Positions 1 to 14,159 of a DNA stretch of 64,000 bases are shown one piece after another (the first letter of the stretch is position 1; each line of letters begins with the position of its first letter). Source of the DNA: Heptranchias perlo. Lineage: Eukaryota. The stretch is from NCBI RefSeq assembly GCF_035084215.1, contig NC_090340.1, positions 5,952,001 to 6,016,000 of the forward strand, read 5' to 3'. Made by a program: the position numbers and the translations under genes. The notes below the pieces were generated by a model that searched no databases, was not told where the DNA came from, and worked only from the letters and a program-made list of their open reading frames with translations.

Positions 1-3000
1 CCCTCAACGAAGGGAAAAAGCTCCTTAGTATCCATCCTATCTATGCCCCTCATAATTTTGTACACCTCAATCATGTCCCCCCTCAGCCTCCTCTGCTCCA
101 AGGAAAACAAACCCAATCTTCCCAGTCTCTCTTCATAGCTGAAGCGCTCCAGCCCTGGTAACATCCTGGTGAATCTCCTCTGCACCCTCTCCAAAGCGAT
201 CGCATCCTTCCTGTAGTGCGGCGACCATAACTGCACACAGTACTCCAGCTGTGGCCTAACCAGTGTTTTATACAGCTCCATCATAACCTCCTTGCTCTCA
301 TATTCTATGCCTCGGCTAATAAAGGCAAGTATCCCATATGCCTTCTTTACCACCTTATCTACCTGTTCCGCCGCCTTCAGGGATCTGTGAACTTGCACAC
401 CAAGATCCCTCTGACCCTCTGTCTTGCCTAGGGTCTTCCCATTCATTGTGTATTCCTTTGCCTTGTTAGTCCCTCCAAAGTGCATCACCTCGCACTTTTC
501 CGGGTTAAATTCCATTTGCCACTGTTCCGCCCATCTGACCAACCCATCTATATCGTCCTGCAGACTGAGGCTATCCTCCTCGCTATTTACCACCCTACCA
601 ATTTTTGTATCGTCAGCGAACTTACTGATCATACCTTTTACATTCATATCCAAGTCGTTAAGTTAGACCAGAAACAGCAAGGGACCCAGCACCGATCCCT
701 GTGGTACCCCACTGGCCACAGGCTTCCAGTCACAAAAACAACCTTCGACCATCACCCTCTGCCTTCTGCCACTAAGCCAGTTTTGTATCCAAAGTGCCAA
801 GGCACCCTGGACTCCATGGGCTCGTACCTTCTTGACCAGTCTCCTGTGCGGGACTTTATCGAAGGCCTTACTGAAATCCATGTATACCACATCCACTGCG
901 TTACCCTCATCCACACGCCTAGTCACCCCCTCAAAAAATTCAATCAAATTAGTCAGACATGATCTTCCCTTGACAAAGCCATGTTGACTATCCCTGATTA
1001 ATCCTTGCTTCTCCAAGTGGAGACTAATTTTGTCCTTCAGAATTTTTTCCAATAATTTTCCTACCACTGATGTTAGGCTCACTGGCCTGCAGTTCCCCGG
1101 TTTTTCCCTACTCCCCTTCTTGAATAATGGTACTACATTAGCGGTTCTCCAGTCCTCTGGCACATCCCCTGTGGCCAGAGAGGTTCTGAATATATGTGTT
1201 AGAGCCCCCGCAATCTCCTCCTTTGCCTCACACAGTAGCCTGGGATACATTTCGTCCGGGCCTGGGGATTTATCCATTTTTAAGCCTGCTAAAACCGCCA
1301 ATACCTCCTCCCGCTCGATGTTAATATGTTCGAGTATATCACAGTCCCCCTGTCGTATTTCTATGTCTACGTCGTCCTTCTCCATAGTGAAAACATATGC
1401 AAAAAACTCATTTAGAACCCCTCCTACATCTTCCGGCTCCACACACAGATTGCCAATTTTGTCCCTAATGGGCCCTTTTTTCCCAAGTTATCCTCTTACC
1501 CTTAATATACTTATGAAACATCTTAGGATTTTCCTTTATTTTGCTCACCAGTGTTTTTTCATGGCCCCTCCTTGATCTCCTAATTTCCTTTTTAAATATC
1601 CCCCTGCACTTTTTGTACTCCTCTAGGGCTTCCTCCGTCCTTAGCCTTTTGTATCTGCCAAAAGCCCTCCTTTTTTTCCAAATCCATTCTCGTATATCCC
1701 CTGACATCCAAGGTTCCCTGGAGTTCTTGGAACCGCCCTTGACCTTTACGGGAACATGTTGCCATTGTATGGTCTCAATCTCCCTTCTGAAAGACGCCCA
1801 TTGCTCCGATGCGGATTTTCCTACAAGCAGCTGATCCCAGTCCATTTTGGCCAGATCCTGCCTTATCCTATTAAAATCGGCCTTCCCCCAAGTTAGAACC
1901 TTTATTTCCGGCCCCTCCCTGTCCTTTTCCATGACCACCTTAAATCTCACTGAATTATGGTCACTGTCACCAAAGTGCTCACCTACCAGCACTTCTTCCA
2001 CTTGGACGGCCACATTCCCTAGAATTAGGTCCAGTACCGCCCCCTCTCTTGTTTGACTTTCTACATGCTGGCTCAAAAAGCTCTCCTGGATGCACGTTAA
2101 GAATTTTGTACCATCTAAGCCTTTTACACTCTGAGTATCCCAGTTAATATTGGGGAAGTTGAAATCTCCCACTATTATTACCCTATTATTTGCACAATTT
2201 TCTGAGATTTGCCTACATATCTGTTCCTCTATCTCCCCCTGACTGTTTGGGGGTCTATAGTACACTCCCATCAAAGTGCTTGCCCCCTTTTTGTTTTTAA
2301 GCTCCACCCATATGGCCTCATTTGAGGAACCTGCTAATATATCATCCCTCCTTATGGCAGTAATTGATTCTTTAATTAATATTGCGACCCCCCCTCCTCT
2401 TATACCTCCCCCTCTGTCTCGCCTGAAGATTCTGTACCCCGGAATATTGAGCTGCCAGTCTTGCCCCTCCCTCAACCATGTCTCTGTGACAGCAACAATA
2501 TCATACTCCCATGTGTTTATCAACACCTTCAGTTCATCCTCCTTATTCGCAGGACTCCTTGCATTAAAATAGATGCCATCCAGCCTTGCTCTTACATATT
2601 TGCCCTGTCTTCCAAGCTGACTTGTTTTTTTCTCAATATTTGGCTGCACATCACCCCCTATTGTAGCTCCACTCTGTATCCCATCCCCCTGCCAAGTTAG
2701 TTTAACCCCCTCCCCCCGCCCGCCCCCCAACAGTGCTAGCAAACCTCCCCACAAGGATATTTGTCCCGCTCTGGTTCAGATGCAACCCGTCCGACTTGTA
2801 CAAGTCCCACCTTCCCCAGAAGCAGGCCCAGTGATCCAGGAAACTGAAACCCTCCCTCCTGCACCAACTCTTTAGCCACGCATTCATCTGTTCTATCCTC
2901 CTATTTCTATACTCACTAGCCCGTGGCACTGGGAGAAATCCAGAGATTACAACCTTTGAGGTCCTGCTCTTTAATCTGCTACCTAGCTCCCTAAATTCTT

Positions 3001-3900
3001 GATGCAGGACCTCATCTCCCTTCCTACCTATGTCGTTGGTCCCAATGTGGACCACGACCTCTGCCTGCTCACCCTCCCCCTTGAGAATGCCCTGAAGCCG
3101 CTCAGTGACATCCATGACCCTGGCACCAGGGAGGCAACAAACCATCCTGGAGTCACGTTTGCGGCCACAGAAACGCCTGTCTGTTCCCCTTACGATAGAA
3201 TCCCCTACCACTATAGCTCTTCCACTCTTTTTCCTCCCAGCCTGTGCAGCAGAGCTACCCCTGGTGCCAGGAAGTTGGCTGCTGCTGCCTTCCCCTGATA
3301 AGTCATCCCCCTCAACAATATCCAAAGCGGTATATTTGTTTGAGAGGGGGACGGCCACAGAGGACCCCTGCACTGCCTGCCTGCTCCTCTTACTCTACCT
3401 GGTGGTCACCCACTTACTTCCTGCCTGTACAACCTTTACCTGCGGTGTGACCATCTCACTAAACGTGCTATCCACGACGTTTTCAGCATCGCGAATGCTC
3501 CATAATGAATCCATCCGCAGCTCCAGTGCCGCAATGCGGTTTGTCAGTAGCTGCAGCTGGATACATTTCCCGCACACATGGTCGTCAGGGACACCGGAAG
3601 GGTCCCTGATTTCCCACATAGAGCAGGAAGAGCATAACACGAGGCTGGGCTGTCCTGACATGACTTACCCTTAAACTAATTAATTCAAATTAAATGAATC
3701 CCACCAATTTCACTTCAATTAAAAGGTATACTCAAGGGCCCTTGCTGAACAGCAGTCCCCCACTACACAACAGAGACCCTGGAATCCACAAACTCTAACC
3801 TTAGACAAATTCAGCAGGCAAATACTCACCAACTAATCACTTACCTCTTCCTTGGTGACGTCCCACTTTGGATTACTTTTTGCTTCTTATTTATCTTAGG
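1..3900 (-). mobile_element. Near full-length CR1-clade LINE (5'UTR, ORF1, ORF2 APE-RT; 3' end outside window)
   Basis: ORF1 3661-2702 has CxxC..CxxC, a leucine zipper and SGNH esterase motifs GDSIVRG/GTNDI/DGLHLN. ORF2 has endonuclease motifs YFNARS/VTETW/GDFN/SDH and RT motifs [26 protein letters not shown]; few lesions. Confidence 0.95.
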
Positions 3901-4329
3901 TCCAGGACTCAGGGATGTTGCAATATCGGCAATAGAACTGTTCAAATTACAGTGAATGGAAGAGATCGATTTATAGCGGCTCAATAATCAGAAGATAGTG
4001 GGTTTGATTCGGTTCGCATTTAAGAGCAGAAGGACATTATTTACAGATTGACACTTACCACACGCAGCATAACTGTGCATCGTCCCACACGGAGCTGCAC
4101 CCATTCCTTACCGTCAATTAACTTTGGAGCCGCATTTGGGGATGTTTGTGTCCACCAGGGATAATATGGTCATGAGGGGAAGGGGACATGTACACACCAG
4201 ACAGTGGAGGCAACCCCGCCCGTTAGATAAAAGGAAACTCGCTGTTTCGGAAATGATACTGTCGAGTGTTTGCAGGTTTTGTATGGCGGTGGGAAAGTTC
4301 AGTGTCCTTTCACATTTGGGATCTGAGTA

Positions 4330-6360
4330 TGCATTTTGCCATGTCTGCGGATGGGTGGTTTAGCCATTCATCGCCAGATCTTGCTATCGGGTCCTGTTCT
4401 CCTCTGCAAAAACGGCTCACCATTCCAGGATCATCCAGGAATGCAAAGATAACCAGTGGCTTCTCTTCCCCACTGCAAACCGTTTTCTTAAACCCCTCTC
4501 CCCTGCCTCCTGGCACCCTCACCTCCAACCACAAGTGCGAGGAGCTCATCGATTACTTTGTCACTAAGATTGAGACCATCCATTCAGCTGCTCTGCCAAT
4601 TCCTTCCCTTCCACTAACCCACCAAGCCAGACTTCTCGTACGGTTCCCTCCTGCCCTAAGCCCAGGACTTGCATTTTCTCTAGTTTCTCTCCTATTTCCC
4701 CTCATGCCTCTCCGAGTTCATCTTGACCATGACGCCAACTTCCTGCTCCCACGATCCTATTCCCACCAAACTGATGAGCCAACTTCCCTTCCTGGCCCCC
4801 ATGTTAGTTAAAATTGCAAATGGTTCGATCTCCCCAGGTACTGTCCCCTTCCCCTACAAATCTGCTGTCATAACACCCTCCCCCAAAAAACCCACCCTTG
4901 GTCCCTCTGTCCTTGCAAACTACCGCCTCATCTCCATCTTCCCTTTACTCTCCAAAGTCCTCGAACGTGTTACCAGCTCCCAGATCAGTGCCCATCGTTC
5001 TTGCAACTCCAGGTTTGGATCCCTCCAATCAGGTTTCCGCTCCGGCACAGTACTGAAACAGCTCTCATCAAAGTCACAAATGACATCCTATGTGACTGTG
5101 ACCATGGTAAACTATTCCTCCTCATCCTTCTCGAGCTGTCTGCAGCCTTTGACATGGTTGACCATCCCATCCTCCTCCAACATCTCTCCTCCAGTATCCA
5201 GCTGCTTGGGACTGCGCTCGCCTAGTTCCATTCTTATTTATCCAATTGTAGCCAGAAAATCACCTGCAATGACTTCTCTTCCCGCTCCCGCACAGTTACC
5301 TCTGGAGTGCCCAAGGATCTATCCCTGCCCCCTCCTATTTCTCAAATTTCTGCTGCACCTCGGTGACATCATCCGAAAACAGAGCTTCAGACATTAACGC
5401 TGATGACACCCAGCTCCACCTCATCACCAACTCCGTCCACCACTCCAATCTTTGTGATTTGTTACACAGCTTGCCCGACATCCAGTACTAGATGAGCAAA
5501 AATTTCCTCCAACTAAATATTGGGAAGTCCGAACACATTGTCTTCGGTCCCCACCACAAACTCTGTTCCCTGACCACCGACTCCATCATTCTCCCAGACC
5601 ACTGTCTGAGGCTGAACCAAACAATTGGAAACTGTGGCATCCTACTTGACCCTGAGATGAGCTTCTAACCATATATCTACTCCATCACCAAGTCCGCCTA
5701 ATTCCACCTCCGGAACATCACCCGTCTCCATCACTACCTCAGCTCATCTGCTGCAGAAACCCTCATCCATGCCTTTATTCATTCTGGACTTGACTATTCC
5801 AATGTCCTGGCCAGCCTCCCATCTTCCACCCTCCATAAACTTGAGCTTATCCAAAACTCTGCTGCCGTATCCTAACTCGATCCAAGTCCCGTTCTCCCAT
5901 CATCCCTGTGCTCATTGATCGACATTGGCTCCCGGTCCAGGAACAACTCGATTTTAAAATTCTCCTCCATGTTTTCAAATCCTTCCATGGCCTCGGCCCT
6001 CCCTATCTCATTAACCTCATCCCGTCCTACAACCCTCCGAGATCTCTGCGCTCCTCCAATTGTCGCCTCTTGAGCATCCCAGATTTTAATCACTCCACCA
6101 TTTGTGGCCGCGCCTTTCAGCTGCCTAGACCCTAAGCTCTGGAATTCCCTCCCTGAACCTCTCCGCTGTCCTACATTTCGCTCCTCCTTTAAGACGCTCC
6201 ACAAAACTTATATTTTTGACCAAGCTTTTGGTCACCTGTCCTAATATCTCCTTATGTGGATCAGTGTCAAATTTTGTCTGATAATCGCTCCTGTGAAGCG
6301 CCCTGAGAAATTTTACGACGTTAAAGGCGCTATATAAATGCAGGTTGTTTTTGTTGTCGT
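4330..6360 (+). mobile_element. L2-clade LINE, 5'-truncated and degenerate
   Basis: QSGFR..HSTETALIKVTNDIL..LSAAFDMVDH; HWLPV..FKILL; 3' tail AAAGGCGCTATATAAATGCAGGTTGTT. Confidence 0.9.
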
Positions 6361-7814
6361 TCAGTCTCCTCTTTGCGCACAATAGACATTTTAAACCGGA
6401 TGAAAGGGGACAATTGCAACCTCGTAACCATCCGATGGAGTTCCTGATTTAGTAATGGGGGGGGGGGCGGATACGGATGGGCAGTTTCTATTGTGACGTC
6501 CAAAATCTCCTTGTGGTTCGATAGGGAATATGGGAATAGTCATGGGAAAATAGGCGGAGAGGGGACGGGGGCTCGGAGTGAAAGAAATATGGGAATAGGA
6601 TGGGGTGCCCTAATTAGAAGGTGCAATTGCTGAAAAATTGAGAAGTAATTACATTTCAAAAAAATAAGAACCAAAAGGAAATAGGGTGGAGTCAACTAAG
6701 GAACTGGAACAATGGCACTGGACACAACTGATGAGATTTACTGATCAAACGATTAAATATACAGTACAGGACCGGCTGTTCAACTACAGATGTAGGACAG
6801 GATATAATATAACAGGAAAATCGTTTAACAATAGAGAAGTCAGTTTTAATTATTTGTATTGTGGGAACGTGTTCTGTGTGATAGAGGCTAACACAAGGTT
6901 TAGATTAGGTCGGTAGAATTACCTAGGGGAATACCAAGTGAGCAGGAGGTGTCAGGATAACGCAATTTAAGAAGCATCACAGGATTCGTGGAAGAATTAC
7001 AGCTAGATTTGTGTCAACATGTCGAGAAACCAGTTTTTAAAGTGTCATGTTTCGAACCATTCAAAATTGTCTTATCGTCTACATGAAATAAACAAATATC
7101 CGAGCGAGAATGGAGTGTATCTGGTGCGACATTACTGCATGGTGTAGTAGCGTATGACAGTTATAGTCACATGACAATAATCTCAGAATTGATACGTTTA
7201 GAGCAAGTCATCTGACATTGTCCATCTCGGGGTTCAAATAGTCTCATTTGCAGAAGTTCGTTGGTATTCTTGGCTGAGTAAACGCCTGGATTGGCTCGTA
7301 CTTCGCAGACCGCGACGGAGATCCTTCTACAGTAATTGTATAGACGTAGAACATTCTTGAACATTCTTTCGATATTAATAAAAGCAACAAGTTAATTTAT
7401 CTCTGGCGTCCAAACCTATTCAATTTGGATTAATCTACTCGGTTAATCTAATAACAGATCCCTTCATAAAACTGCTCATTTCATTGGAAGGATTGCAGGT
7501 AGTATCAGTCACAGTGAGTGACGGGATCCCTCACACCATTAATGATTAGGGACCGGTAACTGGAGTGTGTGGAGTGGATATCAGACCAAAGGGCGCTCCT
7601 CCTCCTCAGTCGGAGTGTTTTCCCTCTTCAGTCCCAGTCACTTCCTCCCCTACTGATGGTATCGTGTTCAGTACAAGTTGACCTGAGTTTTTAAGGACAG
7701 ACTGTCGCTGTTCTGCACACACGGGAACCTGTGAATATTTTTACAGACCGGCTCCGATGAACTGTGAGCGCAGAGATCAGTTCCCATCTCAGAATTGTCC
7801 CTGTTTTCCAGCTA

Positions 7815-9990
7815 AGGGCCCCATCACCCTGTATGATTGATATGGACCCCATCACCCTGCATTATTGATATGGACACCATCACCCTGCATTATTGATATG
7901 GACACCATCACCCTGCATTATTGATATGGGGCCCCATCAACCTGCACTCTTGACATAGGCCACATAACACTACATTCCTTAAATGGGCCACGACACCGTA
8001 CAGTCCTGATATGGGTCGCCATCACTCTGCGTTCCTCATATTGGCCACCATCAACCTACATTCCTTATATTGGCCCCATAACCCTACATTCGTGATATTG
8101 GTCCTATCACCCTACATACAAATGGGGGAAATTATAATGGGGAACAAATAAATGGCAGAACAATTAAACACATACTTTGGTTCTGTCTTCACAAAGGAGG
8201 ACACAAATAACCTCCCGGAAATGTTAGGGAATCAAGGGTCTAGTGAGAGGGAGGAACTGAAGGAAATCAGTAATATTAAAACAAATAGTGCTAGGGAAAT
8301 TAATGGGGCGAAAGGCTGACAAATCCCCAGGGCCTGATAATCTACATCCCAGAGTACTAAAGGAAGTGGCCCTGGAAATAGTGGATGCATTGGTGGTCAT
8401 CTTCCAAAATTCTATAGACTCTGGGACAGTTCCTACAGATTGGAGGGGGGCAAATGTAACCCCACTATTTAAAAAAGGAGGGAGAGACAAAAACAGTGAA
8501 TTACAGACCAGTTAGCCCAACATCAGTAATGGGGAAAATGCTGGCGTCAATTATAAAAGATGTGATAACAGAATACTTGGAAGGCATTAACGGGATTGGA
8601 CAATGTCAGTATGGGTTTATGAAAGAGAAATCATGCTTAACAAATCTACTGGAGCTTTTTGAGGATGTAACTAGTAGAATAGATTGGGGCGAACATGTGG
8701 ATGTGGTGTACTTGGATTTTCAGAAGGCTTTTGATAACGTCCCACACAAGAGGTTAGTGTGCAAAATTAAAGCACGTGGGATTGGGGGGAATATAATTGC
8801 ATGGATTGAGAATTGGTTGACAAACAGGAAGCAGAGAGTAGGAATGAACGGGTCTTTCTCTGGGTGGCAGGCGGTGCCTAGTGGGGTACCGCAGGGATCA
8901 GTGCTTGGGCCCCAGCTATTCACAAAATATATCAATGATATGGATGAGGGAACTGAATGTAACATTTCCAAGTTTGGGGTGCAATGTGAGCTGTGAGGAG
9001 GACGCAAAGAGGCTCCAATGTGACTTGGACAAGTTGGGTGAGTGGGCAAGAACATGGCAGATGCAGTATAACGTGGATAAATGTGAGGTTATCCAATTTG
9101 ATTGTAAAAACAGAAAGGCGGATTATTATCTGAATGGTGATAGATTGGGAAAAGGGGAGGTGCAACGAGACCTGGATGTCCTTGTACACCAGTCGCTGAA
9201 AGTGAACATTCAGGTGCAGCAAGCAGTTTGGAAGGCGAATGGCATGTTGGTGTTCATTTCAAGAGGATTTGAGTACAGGAGCAGGGATGTCTTACTGCAG
9301 TTGTACAGGGCCTTGGTGAGACCACATCTGGAGTAGTGTGTGCAGTTATGTTCTCATTATCTGAGGAAGGATGTCCTTGCCATGGAGGGAGTGCAACGAA
9401 GGTTTACCAGACTGATTCCTGGGATGGCAGGACTGATGTATGAGGAGAGATTGGGTTGACTAGGCCTATATTCACTAGAGTTTAGACGAATGAGAGGTGA
9501 TCTCATCAAAACGCATAAAATTCTAATAGGACTGGATAGATTAGATGCAGGGAGGATGTTCCCGATGGCAGGGGAATCCACAACCAGGGGTCACAGTCTC
9601 AGGATACGGGTAATGCCATTTAGAATCGAGATGAGGAGAAATTTCTTCACTCAGAGGGTGGTGAACCTATGGAATTCTCTAACACATAAGGCAGTGGAGG
9701 CCAAGTCATTAAATATATTGAAGAAGGAGATAGATATATTTCTTAATGCTAAAGGGATCAAGGGATATGGGGAAAAAGAGGGAACAGGGTACTGAGTTAG
9801 ACGATCAGCAATGATCATTTTTATTGGCGGAGCAGGCCCGAAGGGCCGAATGGCCTACTCTTGCTCCTATTTTCTATGATTTTACGATTCGATGACTCCT
9901 GATATGGGCCCCAACACCCTACATTCCTGATAAGGGCCGCATCGCCCTACATTGTTGATATGGCCGCCCACCCTGCATTCCTGATGCTGC
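7815..9990. repeat. About 28-bp degenerate minisatellite (GGGCCCCATCACCCTGCATTATTGATAT-like), split by a CR1 insertion
   Basis: Units at 7815-8118 and again at 9895-9990. Confidence 0.85.
8119..9890 (+). mobile_element. CR1 LINE, 5'-truncated
   Basis: [45 protein letters not shown] and a typical 3'UTR. Confidence 0.95.
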
Positions 9991-10194
9991 TTTGTGAATC
10001 AAACCCTGAACATAAGCGATGTCAGTCGTGTTTTTCGCATGTACTGTGGCACATTCCCATAAAAGTGACCACATTAATTTGGCCTGACCTTCACACAATA
10101 GCTACAAATACAACAACTGGCAGCCTGCTCCGTCAGAGACTGGAAATGGAGACAAAGGAAGAAACACAACATATCGGCGCGTTGGAGAGGGAAC

Positions 10195-10525
10195 TGAACC
10201 ATAATGGCAGGCAGGTCGCAGGTTGTATTTCTGTTTTGCTGATTTGTCTGATCTCAACCGGAACAGCGCCAAGGGTTCTACAATTGGTCTTGGAGTCCCT
10301 GAGATTAGCAAGGACAACGATCAGCCGGCGTCCCTGGTCCTGATTGTGTCTGCTGATAAGCGTATATGGTTCAATATGGGTGAGGTCAGGGTTCGCTCAG
10401 CTGTGATATCTAAAGAGTCCGTGATACAGTGACCCTCTCTGTATATACTCACCCATAAATGACGGCCATTTGGTAAAGTACTCGAGCATTGCCAGCGCCT
10501 GTTTTACCGAACTTCAGCAAGAGGT
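10195..10525 (+). mobile_element. Degenerate SINE-like interspersed repeat (partial second copy at 25245-25345)
   Basis: CCATAATGGCAGG..GCTGAT..GATCTCA.CCGG..CTACAATTGG head resembles a common shark SINE; family not assigned. Confidence 0.5.
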
Positions 10526-11263
10526 AGCAGAAAGCACACACAGATACAAACTTTCTCTCTCACACACACGCACAAACACACACACACACACGCACACACA
10601 CTACACAGTAATGTCTGTTCGACATTATTTAATCTGTTCTTAAACAGAAAAAAGTAAGCACTTTACAAGACTAATTCTTCCTTACAGTTAAATCAGCATA
10701 CAGACACTTCAAACAGAATAAGGTGGCTCCGGGTCCCCTGGTATCTGTCCTGTGGGTGACTGCACAAGTTGGATGACTATATTCAGAAAGGTAAACTATT
10801 GATTCTATAAACTCTGAAATTAGATTGTATCCTGAAAATTTGCACAGTCGTCCAGTAATTCCTCGGTATATGAGAGATGGACGTGTGTGTAAAATACTTA
10901 GCGCAAGATAGTTTGTCTGTAGCACTGAGTGGAAGATGGCTGTGGGTGTGTAACGGTTAGTGAGAGATGGGTGTGTCTGTAACACTGAATGGAAATGGTT
11001 GTGGGTGCACAACAGTTGAATGTGGGCGTGTAACAGGGAGTGACATTTTCACACTCTGATAGTTTTATTTTGTTGCTGTGAATACCTCGATGGATAAGAA
11101 AGTGGAGGAGGAGCAGCCAATGTCTAAGGAAACAATCCGTCCAGACATCTAAAGTCACAAAAGAAGGTTTCGATCTGAGATGGAAAGTCTCCTCATTTTG
11201 CTTTTTTTTCTCAACTATTATATTTCTGCGTCGATGTCCTGACTCAAGAAATGAATGTCTTAC

Positions 11264-11346
11264 CCATAAAATGAGTCTGATTTCAAATGGTCCACAATGA
11301 GGGTGTTCCCCATCAGAATCACCGCTAAACCCAACAGGAAACGACA
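11264..11346 (-). pseudogene. Decayed mirror copy of the TM exon
   Basis: Reads CRFLLGLAVILMGNTLIVDHLKSDSFY then GG|gtaag. Clearly homologous to 23239-23321, but the original acceptor AG is mutated and about 23 bp of the exon 5' end is deleted. Confidence 0.8.
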
Positions 11347-11784
11347 CTGATGGAGCGAGGTGGGGAGCAATAGGATAGAAATTTAAACGAGCATGATGAA
11401 AAAATGCAGAGAGAGAGCGAGTGGTAGACAGAGAGTTAACTGAAGATCATAAATGTGTTGGATACAAGGGCTGTGTGTTTAAAGGTTTATTTCGAAGGAG
11501 CTTCAGTTTCAGTGAGATTAGATCACAGGCATTAACGGACCACCGAAACTGATCTACAAACAAACAGATTCAACACCGTGACCGCTCAGTTCTTTGCTAA
11601 GAGCACCCAGCCTTTCTGCAAATTAAACGCTCCGGAAACCATCAACTAGTCTGAGAACACGTAACGGCATCACCTCTATGCGGTGTCCTGATAGTAAACC
11701 ATTTTAGCCCGTCTATCCCAGAACAACCAATATCCTTATAGCCATCATCACTGATATCACCTCCTGTCTGCCTTTAACGTGTCA

Positions 11785-14150
11785 TACGAACACATGAATT
11801 AAGAGAACCGCTAGGCCATTCGACCCCCCGAGCCTGCTCTGCCGCTTGGTAAGATCATGGCTGATCTGATTATGACCTCAAACCGACTTTCCCGTCTATG
11901 TACTATAACCTTTGAATCCCTTGTTAATCAGGAATCTATCTCACTCAGCCTTAAAAATATTCAATGATCCTGCCTCCACCGCTGTCTGGAGAAGGGAGTT
12001 CCACAGATTCACGACCCTCTGAGAGAAAAAAAAATCTCCTCATCTCCATCTTAAATGGGAGACCCCTTATTTTTAAACGGTGTCCCCTCGTACCAGTCTC
12101 TCCCATAAGGGGAAACATCCTCTCAGCATCTACCCCTTCAAGTCCCCTCAGGATCTTATATTTTCAATAAGATCACCTCTCATTCTTCTAAACTCCAATA
12201 TATACAATCCCAACTCGTCCAACCTTTCCTCGTAAGTTAACCCTCTCAAGCCAGGAATCAGTTGAGAGAACCTTCTCTGAACCGCCTCCAAAGCAATTAT
12301 GTCCTTTCTTAAATAAGGAGAACAAAACTGCACACAGTATTCCAGATGTGGTCTCACCAATGTCCTGTACAACTGTAACAAAACATATCTACTTTTATAT
12401 TCCATTTCCCTTGCAATAAATGAAAACATTCCATTTGCCTTCCTAATCGCTTGCTGTACCTGCATACTAACTGTTTGTGATTCATGTACTCGGACACCCA
12501 AAACCCTATGTACCTCAGAATTCTACAATCTCTCTCCATTTAAGCAATATACTGCTTTTCTATTCCTCCTGCCAAAGTGGACACGTTCACATTTTCCCAC
12601 ATTATACTCCATCTGCCAATGTTTTGCCCACTCACTTAACCTATCCATATCCCTTTGCAGACTCCTTATGTCCTCTTCACAACCTACTTTCCTTCCTACC
12701 TTTGCGTCATCAGCAAATTTAGCAACCATACATTCGGTCCCTTCATCCAAGTCATTGATATAGATTGCAAATAGTTGAGTCCCAGCACTGATCCCTGTGG
12801 CACTCCACTCGTTACATCTTGCGAACCTGAAAATGACCCATTTATGCCTACTCTCTGCTTCCTGTTCGCTAACCAATCCTTTATCCATGCTAATATGTTA
12901 CCCCCTACACCATGAGCTCATATTTTGTGTTGTAGCCTTTGATGTGGCACCTTGTCAAATGCCTTTTGGAAATCCAACTATAACAAACCCCGAGGATCCC
13001 CTTTATCCACGTTGCTTGTTAATTCCTCAAAGAACTCTAATAAATTAATCAAACACGATTTCCCTTTGACAAAGCCGTGTTGACTCTGCCTGATTGCATT
13101 GAGATTTTCTAAGTGCCCTACTATAACCTCCTTAATAATAGATTCTAGCATTTCCCTGTGACAGATGTTAAGCTAACTGGCCTGCAGTTTCCTGCTTTCT
13201 GTCTCCCTCCTTCGTTGAATAGAGGAGTTACATTCGCTATTTTCCAATCTGATGGGACCTTTCCAGAATCGAGGGAATTTTGGAAAATTAATACCAATGC
13301 ATCTACTATCTCTGCAGCCATTTCTTTTAAGACCCTCCCTCCATTTCACCTCTTGATTCACAATTATTTCTGGCATGTTATTTGCATCCTCTACAGTGAA
13401 GATGGACGCAAAATATCTGTTCAATTCATCTGCCATTTCCTTGTTCTCCATTATTAATTCCCCAGACTCACTCTCTAGAGGACCAACTCTCACTTTACTT
13501 ACTCGTTTCCATTTTAAATACCTGTAGAAACTCTTACTATCCGTCTTTATATTTCGAGATAGCTTTATCTTGTACTCTAATTTCTCCCTCCTTATTATTC
13601 TTTCAGTCATTCTTTGCTGGTTTTTTTATTTCCTGACCAATCCTGACCAATCTTCTTATCTGCCAATAATCTTCTTGGAGTTGGATGCTTTTTCTTTCAA
13701 TTTGATACTATCTTTAACTTTCTTTATTAACCACGGATGGTACATCCTTCCCCGGAGCCTTTCTTTCTCACTGGCATGTATCTTTTCTGAGTGTTATAAA
13801 ATATCTCATTAAATGTCTGCCACTTCGTCTCTACTGACCTATCCCTTAACATAATTTCCCAGTTCACTTCAGCCAGCTCTGTCTTCATGCCCTCATAATT
13901 GTCCTTATTTAAGTTTAAAATACTAGTCTTGGACCTACTCTTCTCTCCCTCAAACTGAATGTGAAATTCAATCATATTGTGATCACTGCTACCAAGAGGC
14001 TCCTTTACAATTAGGTCATTAATTAATCCTGTCTCATTACACATTACCAGATATAGAATAGCCTGCTCTCTGGTCGGTTCTAGAACGTGCTGCTCTAAGA
14101 AACAGTCCAAAAGCATTCTCCAAACTCATCTTCCAGGCTACCTTTGCCAA
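11785..14150 (-). mobile_element. CR1 LINE fragment
   Basis: EPLGSSDHNMIEF, KFADD, RTLVRPHLEYCVQF; 3' tail near 11790. Confidence 0.93.
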
Positions 14151-14159
14151 TCAGCTGTC

